Origin: Phoronis australis
Taxonomy: Eukaryota > Animalia > Phoronida
Assembly: GCA_002633005.1 (NCBI GenBank)
Contig: NMRA01000039.1
Location: 658,839 to 722,838, forward strand
Direction: 5' to 3'
Length of the DNA stretch: 64,000 nucleotides
Below are positions 38,923 through 52,305 of this stretch, in pieces. Under the pieces are notes generated by a model. It ran no database searches, was not told the origin of the DNA, and saw only the letters and a program-made list of their open reading frames with translations. The number at the start of each line of letters is the position of its first letter. Positions within the stretch are counted from its first letter, which is position 1. Made by a program: the position numbers and the translations under genes.

Positions 38923-41631
38923 AGGAGAATGCCCCCCCCCCCCGGTTTAATTAGTCTTTTTACCATCTTAATCGGTCTATACTCACATCACCTCGTATAC
39001 GGTCAATCTCACCTCGCCGAGAGGTGACCTGTGAGGAAGGTGAGAAATGCCTCAGCGACGTCAGTGGTTCTTCTGCAGAGTGAATGCCGCTATGGAGTGG
39101 TGTATCGTTCCCGCTTGTGCGAACTATGAAGCTACGAGGAAAGCAGGTACATTGTTTTTTCGATTAATCCTCGAGAGCACACAATGCTTTGGAAGTGCTT
39201 TGCTAAGTATGAGGCCGTGAAACTTCTCCGTGTCTGTGGCCGGCATTTCGTCTACAGTGATTTCACTGACGATCGAATGCCAGCTTACCAAACAGCTCCA
39301 TGCCAGGGCAGAAAAAAGAGACTGAGGATGAAGTCAGATGTTGTGCCTAGTGTGTTTGCGTTTGGTAGGCAGGAGACAAAACAACGCGGATCGGTTGTTG
39401 CTCAGTTTTTGATTATAGAGAATTGTGGCTGGCCATGGAAACATAAACAACTACAATTAATTCAAGGCATGAGAACATAACGTTATATATAACCTGTTTG
39501 ATGACTCACTCATTCGTCAGATTTCTGTTTGGACCTCTGGGTATAGGATGTTTTCGCCAGTTCTTTTTCCCAAACCCAAAAAACGTTGTGAGCAGACTTC
39601 TGTTTAAATGGGGTGCAAAATCAGGATGGTCTGTGAGACACATCTACGCTTGTCCAAGAAGGCGTTTCACTTGAGGAATTTCGTGGCAGCAGAAGCAAGA
39701 ATCAGTTGTTTCCGTTATCGTGCAGTTAGCACACTGACACCATGACGAATCGCTCTAACGGTTTTCGGAACTAACCATATGTTCCGTTGTCTATGCACAT
39801 TCCAGCACCTCTCTTGTATTTCTTGATCAGTGAATTACGGTTCGAACTGAAAGCCAATGAAACCCAACAATTGACCTGTGAAGTCTTCGTTGGATGACCA
39901 CTCGTCTAAGTCGGGATAGCGAGTTGCCACGGTTGACGTTTATTATTGTGCGCTCTGTTTCAAAATGAATTATTCTCACCCTAAGCAATGCTTATATAAA
40001 ACTTAAACAAAGATACAATAAACTAATTGGCCGGGCACCTTCATACTTTGAATAATACGCTTACAAGGAAGTCGCACATTTCTAAAGATATGCGGAAATT
40101 TTCACCGCTGGTCCTTCTGAGCGGCTTGTACCAGGATCAAAGAGAGCACGGTGCTGGAATCAGGTACAAATGTGATGACCACATTGCCAGATGCCAGCAA
40201 GACCCAATTAAATGTAATTATCCGACCATAAACTGTATTAAACATCTCTGACTACATAATGGCGAATTTTCAAAATGCATTAACCACTAGTTTTCATTAT
40301 AAATGAACACCACAGCGGTATTCAGCTGAAAAAAAACAACCAAGTGCGGTTTTCGATTTTTAAAATCGAAGAACTAATAATCTAAAAACTACAACCATTG
40401 GGTACGATTGAAGATAAACTACCGCACGTATTGACATACTCGGTGGATATACAAACGCTGATCAGAGTTAACAATATCACATGGATTCATTTTTTAATAT
40501 TCTTTCAATCTCGTTTAACCACCAGATTTTTGACCAGGAACATTTTTTATGACTGACAAAGAGCTAGAATAGTTATATAGTCCGTGCCACTGAAATTGTC
40601 CAGAGATTCCAAATCATCAGTTTGGTTATCACTATATTTGCACTTCTGTATATATTTTATGACTTGAGTTCTAATAAAGATTAAACTTTAATGACACGTG
40701 AAATGTTTAGTGTACCTGTAATGTGGTAAGTTTAGGGATGAGCTCACAATGTACTTAACTAATTAAGTTTAGCTGGCGATCAAAATCTACCACCGTTTTG
40801 GTAGTTGAAGTTTAAAACTTAGATGAAAAGTTACCAACCCGTTCCGGTAAGAAAAAAAAACAAGTGGGCAGAAGCACTAAAAATTAAATAAAGAAAACCA
40901 ATGAGAAACTTATCATTCCTTTGGGAAGTGGCCCTTTGAGAAGATAAACACAAGTTAACATTTTTAGTCATTTTGTAATATTTATAATATACCAAGTTAA
41001 AATTACTCTCCAGTGTTGTAGGCTATAACTCTTCAAATTCTAGAAAAAATAAAAATGGGGGTACTAACAATTGTTGAGACAGTAATGCTAGCAATTACCT
41101 TTCCACTTCATTAGCTCAGATCTACATCAATACAAAGGGGCGTGCTGAATAGGCATCCTTAAAGTTGTCTGGGGCTTAGGGAATCAGACTGGTCACCAGT
41201 GTAAGCGAGAAATTCTCCACACGTTGGCCGTGTGAGTGCATGCTAATTCAGTGTTTGCTGACAGAAAGCTGTTGTGAAACAATATTTCGATGGTATATCA
41301 TATGGTCAGATGTTAGGGGAATCTTTATATAGAACATTATTAGAATCGTTACTGTGCAACTTTTGCCCCGACGGTTTTGGTTTGGAAGGGTAACCTGACT
41401 TCGCGGCCCCCCAACGAGCTAGTAAGTAGATTTGCAGTTTTGCATCCAATTCACCAAACTAATCACGTGCACATTATTTCTTTGGCTCATTAGTATAGTC
41501 TTTTCGTGACTGGAAGTTTAGTTTCTAACTTTGGCTGGTTTATGTTTGTGATGTCTTCAGGCCGGCCGCGACGGGCCTGATTGGGTTCTAAGCCACTGGC
41601 CGGGATAACAAGCGTTTTTGTGTGTTTAGAA
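38923..41631 (+). mobile_element. Second, longer copy of the same Kolobok-type family, right end missing
   Basis: Starts ttaa|AGGAGAATGCC. Co-linear with 46274-47941 in blocks over 38923-40040 and ~41226-41631, with ~1.2 kb in between that the other copy lacks. Homology stops abruptly at 41631. Confidence 0.75.
39092..39363 (+). pseudogene. Frameshifted THAP (C2CH zinc finger) domain relic
   Basis: MEWCIVPACANYEATRKAGTLFFRL, then a frameshift, then ...LRVCGRHF...KKRLRMKSDVVPSVF. Has the CxVPxC, VCxxHF and AVPTIF-like boxes. Confidence 0.8.
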
Positions 41632-41745
41632 CAGGGACTCATCTAGCGGCCGTCCTGGCCGTCCTTAGGACGGCCCTTTTAAAAAAATGACGGCTTTGGA
41701 CGGCACGACCCAGATGGAAAAAAGACGGCCTTTTCCAAAACAACC
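41632..41745 (+). mobile_element. hAT-like terminus interrupting the Kolobok-type copy
   Basis: CAGGGACTCATCTAGCGGCCGTCC starts exactly where Kolobok homology ends; repeated GACGGC/GCCGTC motifs; other end not found. Confidence 0.45.
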
Positions 41746-43450
41746 TCGGTGAAAATGAAGGCTAAACGAAGAATTTTAACATTTATTATTAATAAATTTC
41801 ATTGAAACCTACAATTCATTGTTTAAGTTCGCTAAATATTAAGAAATAACTCGACGTTAGAAACTTTTGCCGTCTATTTTTACTATAAGTGTCACAATGA
41901 CGATTGGCAAATACTGGCAGCCATCTTTGGGGAGTACCTTCCTATTCTGTGACGTCAAGGTGGCTTCATACGGAATCCCCCGCACGACTAGTGTCGAGAA
42001 ATATTGCATCCAGCCCTAACTACCCGTACATGGACACTTAATCTTTGAAATTGAAGATCCCACACCCGAAGTTCAAAGGATTTGCCGTACCCCTAATACT
42101 AGTTGCCGACGCGGAAGTTAAAGCGGCACTCGATATATTTGACGGAGCAGCCAATTTGAAATAGCCGACAAGACAAAATTCTAGCACTGACCTGCCGTAC
42201 AAATGCCATCAATGTTGTTGAACATGCAAACCCGCTAAAACTTAGCGCAAACTTCCTTAATTTGTTCGCATAGCTCCATTGCAACTCGAACGAATGAATG
42301 AAAAAATATCAAAAAAATCCGCACGGCCGAACGACTTTTATTGATGCGCGAGAATGCAGTGCAAACTTTACGAGAAAAAAATGTGGTGTGTAATGTTGGT
42401 TACGTATTCAATGAATAACTTAGCATGAAACTAAATGCCTCGAAATACTTCAACTTACTTTGGAATTCCATGATTATTGGGCGATTCGAGTTTATCCTCT
42501 GTGTGTGGCACTGCATGCCGTATATGGAAAAAAAGTAGGTCAGCCAGTCACGTGCACAGCACCTGTTACTTCGGCTGTGAACCAGGCCGGGGGATTTGGC
42601 TCTTAAACTGCGAGAAAAGAATCGTTCTTTTTAAGAATAAATTTCTTGTAGCGTACTATGAAAGACATTGATTGACTTTCAACCTGGTAAGTTTCAATTC
42701 AACCACAGGCACCTTTAAGTAGCCCTCTACAATATAACATAATAAAGAGAAAGGTACACAACTGACATTCAATATGGCCGTCTGCCGGCCACTTCCGGAA
42801 TAACCCACGCACGTCAAATCTGAGAGTAATTTAACTCAAACATTTTATCTGCGACAGCAACATGTTCATTGCTTCCATTTGTTGACATCAAAACCAATAA
42901 ACATCATAAATACCTCCAGATCTTCCTAGTTCAATCGTCAACATTCACGACAAAGCGAAAAGCAAGAAGACCTCATATCAGTTTCGTCTAATGCGCATGC
43001 TCATAAGGCCCCTCGCAACATCTTCAGAGCGCTTACATCAACTAAAAACAGCAACATTCAGCGAAGAGGCTCTTGACAGTAATTTACGAATATGTCGTCC
43101 TACCTCGCATGAGCATGTGAAAAAGCAGGGTTGTCTGTGGCCTCTTGAAACTTTGACCTATTTTTGCTGTACCCAATCAGCGTGCTCATAGAGTAACATA
43201 TAAATAATGTAAATTACCTTTAATGGTAGCTGTCACAATACCCTGCATTGTTAAACCACTCATTACTCAGCCATTAAAGCTAAGTTAAAACATGAAGGAG
43301 GACTTTCTATAAATATCAAGCAGAAAGGGTCACACACCACAAAACAGCAGAAATTAATGATCCAATAACATTAGGACTGCCAACAACAAACCCTGTATTT
43401 ATACCATCTCTATAATTCATATACACCCCTCCATGCGTCAAATACACCTG

Positions 43451-44825
43451 GGCCCGGTCTCCAATCTCCGTACTCAGACTCGAATCATGCTCAAACTCAC
43501 ACTTCATACTCAATTCGAGTGCAGACTCAGCTTTGGTGTATTCAATGTCATACTCGAAAAATCTGTAGTCGAAATTTCGAGCAACTACTCAGTTTTCGAG
43601 CGTACTCGAACTGAAGTGTATCTCATCTATATTTCGAGTACGATTTTGAGTAAAAATTCGGAGTCTATGCTCAAATTTCAAGTTTGGTATGGCAGTGTGC
43701 TTGAAATCGTACTCGAAAATAAATACGAGCCAGAGAACAAAATATCGAAAGGGAACCAAGAAACACAGCAAATCTAAAAAAATAAGTCCTCTTACCGTAT
43801 CTCAGCACTTCAATTTCAGTTCAGAGATAATAGTTTTCATCTTAAATCTTCTTATTCTTCACCTTATTAACCCGCCGTATCACTGTATGTTACGGCCGCC
43901 ATTCTACTTCTACAATTCCTGGCAACAGGCGCATTGTAATCCCTTGTCGGCGAGTCATAACAAGCGTCGAAAGCAGTTGTGGGAAAAGTCGTGTGAGAAG
44001 TTTGTGCTGCCCTTATTTCGGTATGTGTGCCTACGTTTTGTAGGGTTTCCAAAAGACGAGGAGGGGAGGGAAGTTAAAAAAAGTTCGCTTCCCTGTCAGG
44101 TACATTTCTCATCATAACTTAGTCATCTATAATTCCTCAATCCCCAAATGGAATTCCAGATTTTGTTTGCCGATTTCTAAGTAGACGTCTCGTCCCGTTC
44201 ACTGCCACTGGTGAACTCTGAATGCCTGCACAAGTATTGTTTTTTAACTCACGTGCCAAATGTCAACTCACTTGATACATCCCGGTAAAATACAAAGATA
44301 CAGTATCAAAGTTTGACATCAGCGTAGGCCTACACAGCAATGGGTTTTATGTCAAGACTAAATTAGCAACAGAGATGTGATGTGATAAGCTGTTACAAAT
44401 TTCTTAAGACATTTTCGGGACTGGGTGAGGAACTCAAGAAGTAAAGCTTAACAATTGCCAAATGTATCAAAGAAATGACATAAGAATATTTAATGAACCT
44501 AAAAAATGAATAACAGTTACAGAACACTCAGAATTTCACGTTATAGACATACTCTTGCAGTTGTAGCGATAGCAGACGATAATGTAGACCTAGTTCTTGG
44601 GGTGGTCTATTCCAATAGCGAGCGATGATTCAGCGCGGCTTTGCGTGATTTTGCATTTCACATCATAAAGAGTTCCATAGCAACTAGAGTATGAGTGTCA
44701 GATTTGAGTACGTTTGGAGTCTACTTGAAACACGACATCAGATACGCTTTTTTGAGTACGACTCCAGTGAGCACGATTTTGAGTATGAAATCTCGAGTAT
44801 GAGTACGGAGATTGGAGACCGGGCC
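43451..44825. mobile_element. PIF/Harbinger-like non-autonomous element
   Basis: 33-bp TIRs GGCCCGGTCTCCAATCTCCGTACTCA(G/T)ACTCGA (1 mismatch). 3-bp TSD CTG at 43448-43450 and 44826-44828. Subterminal TACTCGA/TACTCAA repeats. Confidence 0.85.
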
Positions 44826-45055
44826 CTGGTTTTAATGCAATGCACTTAGCAGCACTGTCTGAGGGTTCAGACTTGGCCACAAACACCACTTAGCCAAGGA
44901 GTTTCCTTCAACACAAATGTTGTGTAGGATCCTAGAAAAATGTCCAAATTTGGCAACTGACTTCAGAACCTCATATCAGAAACAGCTGCTCAGAGTCACG
45001 TGAAACCTTCAGATACCATACTTTACGCAACGGTTGTTCTCTGAAGCACTCCTAC

Positions 45056-45125
45056 CGTATTTTCCCTAATAAGCGCCCAGGGTGCTTAGAAAAAATCGCT
45101 TCAGGAAGGGGGGCGCTTATTATAG
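45056..45125 (+). mobile_element. Single terminus of a related Tc2/pogo-like element
   Basis: ta|CCGTATTTTCCCTAATAAGCGCCC...GGGCGCTTATT. Same CCGTA end and TAAGCGCCC motif as 16144; no partner end found. Confidence 0.5.
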
Positions 45126-45616
45126 CCCAAAAGTGGTCGAAATCCGGTCTCCAAAATAGGTGAAATGGTAAGCTAGAAGTAATCAAATTTACGCTTTGGG
45201 ACTCATCTGTAACCTATGACAGATTTCTACAAAATTGGCAGTGCACTGCTATCAAACTTTGTTGTTAAATTACCAGCATTTTCCAGAAAATCCCAGTGCG
45301 AAAACTCCCCGACTGATGCTTCACTCGGCGAGTCCATGTTTTTACAAGACACCTGCAGACTGGCATAAATGTAACTCGCCTGTTGGTAACTGGGATCTGC
45401 TGCAATGAACATCTGCTCCTGACTGAACATATCAAATTTTTGTTTTTAATGATCATCTTGACACTCAAACCCCTGATTTTCTAACTTCTGAATTCAAACG
45501 CCTCCGTGTTTAAACACAGACAAGACCATGGCTAAAAAACAAGTTCTGTTCAAGCAGCGAACCACTTCGATTCTGGCCACTTACCGCTATAAAACTGATC
45601 TCGTTGTTCCTTACTC

Positions 45617-46133
45617 TGTATTCACACGACCATACATTCAAAACTGTATTCACACAACCATACATTCAAAACGCTTTAGCTAAAACTCTTCAGATAGAAC
45701 ATGTTACCTTAAAAAATGCCTTCTGTTCACATGACAAGCTTTATACTGCATTTTAACGGAGTTGAAAGACAGCTGCCGAATGTCGTACGAAATGTTATTA
45801 TCTGTGCGTATTTGCAATGTTGGCAACATCATCCGGCATGTGTACGGCAACTCTTTTCAGTGGAAAAAAGCATTATGTTTAAACATTCTGGCAAAAATGC
45901 TTTGCTTTCATATGACAAATTTAAAATATAACTTAAAAGGTTAAAGCTAAAAAGCTTTCAAACAACAAATTTAAAACATTTTAACTTAAAACGTTCTAGT
46001 TAAGAGCTTAGTGCGTTTTAAATTCAAAAATGTATTGAGCTTAAAAATTTTAAATTTGCTATCAAATGACAAATTTACGTTTCAACTTAAAAACATTCTA
46101 CCTAAAATGTTTTAAGACGCTTGTGCGAATACA
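45617..46133. mobile_element. MITE, probably Harbinger-like
   Basis: Ends TGTATTCACAC ... GTGCGAATACA, with the left end tandemly duplicated. Interior is homologous to 50308-50951. Confidence 0.6.
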
Positions 46134-46273
46134 ACTAATTATGACAAGCAAATAAAAACCAGAACCTTTATGTAGCAAATACCTGAGGGCGAGTCAATAG
46201 CAAAGGGATATTAAAGCCACTATCACAAGCCCCCCTAAGGGTTTCATGACCAAATTGCTTTTTCATGCTTTAA

Positions 46274-47941
46274 AGGAGAATGCCACCCGATTTAATTTGT
46301 CTTTTTTGCCGTCTAAATCGGTCTATATCCACATCGCCTCGCATACGGTCGACCTTACCTTGCCAAGAGGTGTTGCGTTAACTTGTGAGGAAGGTGAGAA
46401 ACGACGCTAGCGACATCAGTGGCTCATATGCAGAGTGAATGCCGCTATGTTGCGATGCATCGTTCCCGCTTGTACGAACTAAGCAGCTGCGAGGAAAACG
46501 GGTATATCGTTTTTTTTACTTACTCGAGAGTCCGAAATGCTTAGGAAGTGGCTCATGGTAGTAAAGAATGAAATGTACGCTGCAAATAGCAAGTATGAGG
46601 CCGTGAAACATCTCCATGTCTGTGGCCGACGAATGCCAGATTACCAAATAACTCCATACGTTCCGTTGTCTGAGCTTGTTCACGGTGCCTCTCTAGTATT
46701 TCTTAATCACTCTATTCCTGTTTGAATTGATAGCCTGTAAAACTTAACAATCCACCTGCGAAGTAGGGACCGATGTCCTCTAGCTAGCCCTAAGTCGGGA
46801 TTGCAAGTTGCCATGTTGGCGTTTATTACTGAGCGTTCTGTTTCAAAATGAATTGTTCTCATCCTAACCAATACTCATATAAAACTGAAACAAAGTCTGT
46901 CTCATTAGATGCCATTTGTAATGCCTTTGGAGTGTTCGTGAGTGCAAATGATTTGAGAAGCCAGCAATGAATAAATCACTGCGTTACCGGCTTTAGGTGC
47001 AATAAAACTAATTGACAGGACACCGAAGCGAAGCCGTGTGAGCTCAAGCTAATTTAGTGTTTGCTGGCAGAAACTGTTGTGAAACAACGATTTCCATCCC
47101 AAGGCCAGATGTTAGGGGAATCTTTATTTACATTTACATTACTCAAATAATGATCATCAATGTACAACTTCTGCCCCGACGGTGCTGTTGCCAAAGCGGA
47201 ACATGAATTCGTGGCCCTCGACGAGTAAGTAGATTTGCAGTTTCGTGGCTAATTCACCAACATAATCACGTGCACATTACTTTGGCTCACTAGTATAGTA
47301 TTTTCTTGACTGGAAGTTTTATTTCCACTGAACTGTGGCTGGTTTATGTTCGTGATGTCTGATCAGTTTCCGAGCCACTGGCCGGGATCATGATAACGAG
47401 TCAATCCGGGCGGCCGCGACGGGCCTGATCGGGCTCCGAGCCACTGGCCAGGATAACAAGCGTTTTGTGTTTAGAACTCAAAAACTCACAAGTCTAAACA
47501 ACACAGATATAGGTTCTCCTGTCTGTATCTCACGGAAAATACTTCGAAATTATCTCCGAACAGACCACAAACTCCTGCTACGGACCTTATTGGCCTGCCG
47601 AACTTTGTAGGCTACGGTGTGTCCAAATACCAATAAATTCGTAAGAGCGAAATAAAACAACATGTTTTTATAAGAAGTCGGTGTATTTTTAAGGGTTTTA
47701 CATCGAAGTTTGATGATTTATTGGTGTTAAACAATGACTGCAAGCGATAAGCCGACACCAGTAACCCGTGTTGTGAACTGCTGAACAGACTGCGTGTGAA
47801 ACCGATGACGTCATTGGATAATTTCAACACCTCCGTCTGCCCTCCGGTGTCAGATAACGCAATCGTACTTGTCGTTATGAGGTAGAACTACTTGATCTAA
47901 ATTGATAAAAATTAGGTTGTTTTTTTGGGTGGCATGCTCCC
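46274..47941 (+). mobile_element. Kolobok-type non-autonomous DNA transposon with both ends
   Basis: TTAA on both sides (46270-46273, 47942-47945). 15-bp TIRs AGGAGAATGCCACCC and (rc) GGGAGCATGCCACCC with RR termini. Internal THAP relic. TTAA + RR ends + THAP is the Kolobok signature. Confidence 0.8.
46447..46630 (+). pseudogene. THAP domain relic with in-frame stop and 3' deletion
   Basis: MLRCIVPACTN*AAARKTGISFFLLTRESEMLRKWLMVVKNEMYAANSKYEAVKHLHVCGR. Keeps the conserved W; homologous to 39092-39363. Confidence 0.75.
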
Positions 47942-47986
47942 TTAACATCCCAGCTAAACCAGGGGATATTGTTCAGTGATAATTAG

Positions 47987-48057
47987 ATCTCAGGAGGTCC
48001 AGACGGAGGGGGAGGGTTACGATCTCAGGAGGTCCCGACGGAGGGGGGGGGGTTACG
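47987..48057. repeat. Short G-rich tandem duplication
   Basis: gatctcaggaggtccmgacggagggggrgggttac twice. Confidence 0.8.
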
Positions 48058-50307
48058 GACTTCCACTTTCACGCCTATGCTCAAGCATCACTGTTCTGTG
48101 GACGGTCGGGTCAGCGTCAAAGCATAACGTGAAATGATCGTGATAGAATCTCAGGGGTTATGGGGACTATAAACTTGACACGCTTTTATCAGCGATTTCA
48201 ATAGTTCATTACCCACTCAGCTGGTGGGGGCAATAAACATGATAATTACGCCTGGTCTTGCAGCAAAACTACATTTAAGTGAGTGTTGAGAATATTGCCT
48301 TGAACGTCAACACAACATTCATATATGAAACTTTTTTCGGTGGCAATAAGTTTATTCAATACAGCACTGTTTCGACAAGTTTGTTTAGTTAACCCAACAT
48401 ATACAGAATTAGAAGATTCAGGAAAAGCACAATCGAGTCGCATTATAACGTACCTGTCGTTTATAACATTCGATCGCTCCAATATACTCTTCCTATAATT
48501 CGTTTTTAATGAACACAGATACACAACTGTAACAAATGCGTGTTGATGGATGGCCCATAAAAACCACCAAATATCTATGTCGCACTCGAACCACAGTTCA
48601 GCATTGATCATAATGTAGTGGTCTTAAAAAAAGTTCACAATAATTTTCAAGGAAAATAGATGGAATTTTGAAGCAAAAACTTTCAGTAAATTTTCAACAA
48701 GTTTAGTGTCATTTTTGTTCAACTTCCTTACAGATATGTGCCATGACTTCCAACAAAAATCGTTAACTTTTGAAATTAGTGTCGATTTCCATTGGGATTT
48801 TCGCTTTATGACAAAAATGTATGTCCTTGAACACGGTCACCCGTCGATTTCATTTTGAACAACGAAACTTTACAGTTCACACATGTGCTCACGACACAAG
48901 CGAGAACGGATTACTTAGAATATTGTGGCACTGCGCAAATTAGACCATAAGATTGCGGATTCATAAATTCGTGAACTTAGTTACTTTCTCAGGAATTTCA
49001 ACTCAGGTTTACTGGTATTCCAAGCAAATTTCTGTGCATTTACTTTGAAATTCTAAATTCTTAATGGATATAGAATTCAAAACAAAGGAAACCAACCACT
49101 TTACCGCGTAGTAATACTAAAAGTTACTTCAAACTCGGCTGATCTGACCGAAGCAACTTCAACTAAAACTTCACCGATATTTCCGGGGAGAACACCTACA
49201 GAGGTGTTAGTTTAAATGAATAGGAAGAGCGAAAAAGTGAAAACAGAGGTGTTGTTTCATTAGGTAACTCTTATCTTAACGCCATCAGCTAATGTGTCTT
49301 GGCCTGAAATGGCACGTTACCAGCCAAATAAAGGCTTGTGGTTTACTCAGGAATTCTGACCGACCCGAAAATGAGGCGAGGATTTTCGGACCGGCCAAAA
49401 CACGTTATGGGTTAAATTTGGGATATAGCAGAATCAAAATCTCTATCACGTCACAGCGAATAGGTGGCTTTGCAAGTGATAATTCACAATTTGATGCCCT
49501 GTCGACATAAGAGTTATGGTAAGGTGTTGCTATCAACTAAGGCACATATTGTGTCATTATTACTTGGTAAAACGAGTCTTTTCCTATGCCACAAAAGTTG
49601 GTTTTGTTCCCATGCTGCAAGTCACATTACTTGTCAATCAACATGTAATTAACAAATAACAAGTCTCTCAGGAAAAGTTTGAATTTTTTTTTAAATGTCC
49701 CTTAGGTGGTAGTTTTGCCCTTTTTTCGTTTGAAGAACCATAGCTCCACTGTCTCTGTACCTGGATTTTTCTTAACTTTGTTTCAGTGGAGATTACTTCA
49801 AATACTATGGGAAGAGTGCTTTTTTGTTTTTATTAAGGACTTAGCATTATTGTTAACCATTTCATCACTGTTACCCATTTCATCCCATTTCAATTCAAAC
49901 AAAGGTTATCAAGAACATGACGGCCTTGTACTGGAAAAGCAAATTTACCCTCCCCCACCCCCCCCCCAAAGAAAGCCATTTTTGTGGGCTTTAAGTAAAA
50001 GTCCACTTTCTGATTTGATGTTTTTTAATATCAATGGCCTGGGTGACCCACAGGATAACAGTTTATAAACAAAGCCACATAACCCTGCTTGTCACTTAAT
50101 ACAGTCCACAGGTGCAGTGCTTTTTGCACTTATTAGTGGAAAACCAAACTCATATCAAATAACACACGGAGGTCCGAATGACGCAATGATGGTTAGCACC
50201 AAGTGACAATGAACTCCACAGGCAGGAGCTGCATCACATGTCAACAGTCTGTTCACAACCAAATTCAAGTGGTAACAATTCCAATTCTGACACCTAAGAT
50301 TAAACAC

Positions 50308-50951
50308 GGATTCATGTGAGCACCACTTCAAAATGTTTCAGCCAAAACGTCTTAGCTAAAATGTTTCAGCTAAAACGTTTTGGCTTAAAACGTGTCCTGT
50401 TCACACGAAAGGCTTTCAACTGCTAAAATGTTTCAACCAAGTTGGATGGCAGCTGCCAATAGTCACACAAAATATTAATAGTTGCAAGTACTTGTATCAT
50501 GCAGCATCATTCAGCATGTGTAGTTATCTCCCCTTCTTTTCCAGTGGAAAAAGCATTACAATCACGCTTCTGCATGAAATCTGTGACATTCATGATACAT
50601 ATAATTCTTAGTTTGTTAGTTTGATAGTGTTATTTCTTATTGATATTATTTCTTTGCTAGCCAATTGTTTTTGTTTATAGAAACTTGTTTTGGCTGTCAG
50701 CTNGGGTTGGTCGCTGACTCAGCTGACAGCCAAAACAAGTTTCTATAAACAAAAACAATTGGCTAGCAAAGAAATAATATCAATAAGAAATAACACTATC
50801 AAACTAACATACTAAGAATTATATGTATCATGAATGTCACAGATTTCATGACATGCATGGTGTGTAAAACGTTTCAGCTCAATGCTTTCCTTTTACACGG
50901 TCCATTTACAAATGTTTTACTTGAAATGTTTAAAAATGCTTGTGTGAATCC
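50308..50951. mobile_element. Diverged MITE of the same family as 45617-46133
   Basis: Ends GGATTCATGTGAGC ... GCTTGTGTGAATCC. Shared blocks ctgttcaca, cagctgcc, gcatgtgta and cagtggaaaaagcatta. Confidence 0.55.
50573..50850. repeat. Near-perfect 130-bp-arm palindrome centred on a single N
   Basis: 50573-50702 is the reverse complement of 50721-50850 with one mismatch seen; N at 50703. Confidence 0.85.
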
Positions 50952-52305
50952 AGCTTATAGACTTACAAGGCCCCGTTTATCTTGGAGTCTACTGGCTTTT
51001 GTCTACTGGCTTTTGTCTCTTGACTTTCTGCTAAAAATCAGTCTATGTGTGTCTCAGCCAGTTTCAGGCTCAGATTGGAAGTCAGAAAATCTGTCTACTT
51101 ACACGGAATTTAAAATACAGAAATCCACAGTTCGCTCAAAAAGATGGAAGACAAAACATTTTGAGAAACGCAAAAGGCAAAAACCAATGGACTCTTCCAA
51201 AAAACAGGACACCTGGTTGGAGAGCAAGCTTCTCAAGTCCAATAGCAAGACTCAACACAAACACCTTTTTCCTGAATATTTCAGGGACATTTACAACTAA
51301 TGAATCAGATCAATGTTTCTCAAAATATAAACTCTTCTTAATGATGCGTTCTTAGAACCAACTATGCTTAAAGTCATTATAATCTCGTCCAAGCCAAAAT
51401 TCTCTGACATTTACGCTTTCAGTTCAAATAAATTAGGACTATCGAAATAACCATAGAAAATAACGCTTTGCTAATTAACAGGTTTCTTCAATATTGTCAT
51501 GATCGTTCAAAATACTAATGGGCATAACAACCGCCAACTAGATTTTTTCGATGACCTCAGGTGTCACATCTCTTTGGCATCTATTGAAATCCATTGAAAA
51601 ACCACCACCTGGTTTGAACACATGATACCACGCAGAGATTGTCTCAGTTAGGAATAAAACGCATTCTTTGCAATTGCAACACTGAAGAAAGTACAACAAA
51701 AGAATAACTGCCATTGTCCTTTTTGACATTCTTTCAAGGTTTCTTAACATTGTTGTGATTGCCCAAAGTTTGTTAAAATGATGTTTGAAGGTTAAGTTGC
51801 AACATAGTCAATGTAGTACAATACCGTTATCAGATGCTGCTTAAATATCTATTAACAAAAAGTTAGGAAACAAAATTGAATTTCTCTTGTCCGCCATATC
51901 GTGTCCTAGATTCATACGTTGGGTTCCTTCAAAGTCGGACAAGAATAACCGCAAAAAAATGTCATTTTCCATTTTCCAATGAAACGTACCTAAAACTGCT
52001 TAATAACACTGCGCATTGTTTGGCGACTGCTGAATAGCACACACATCATGCTACATTAAAATTTCATAAATTTCAGAAAGATAATTGCTAAAACTTCTCT
52101 TATTTTCCATTTTTCAAGTGCCTCCCACATTGCAATGAATGGTAACATTGTTTTGAAACATCTATTTGTAGCTATGGTATAGAACTGGGACAATAAAAGA
52201 GAGTTGATTTGGGGCAACATATCTTTCATGTTGGCCATTGTCGTGTCCTAAATTGGTGAAATTTTACCCCACCATAAATGGTCTTTCTAAGTTTCTAAGC
52301 TTATT

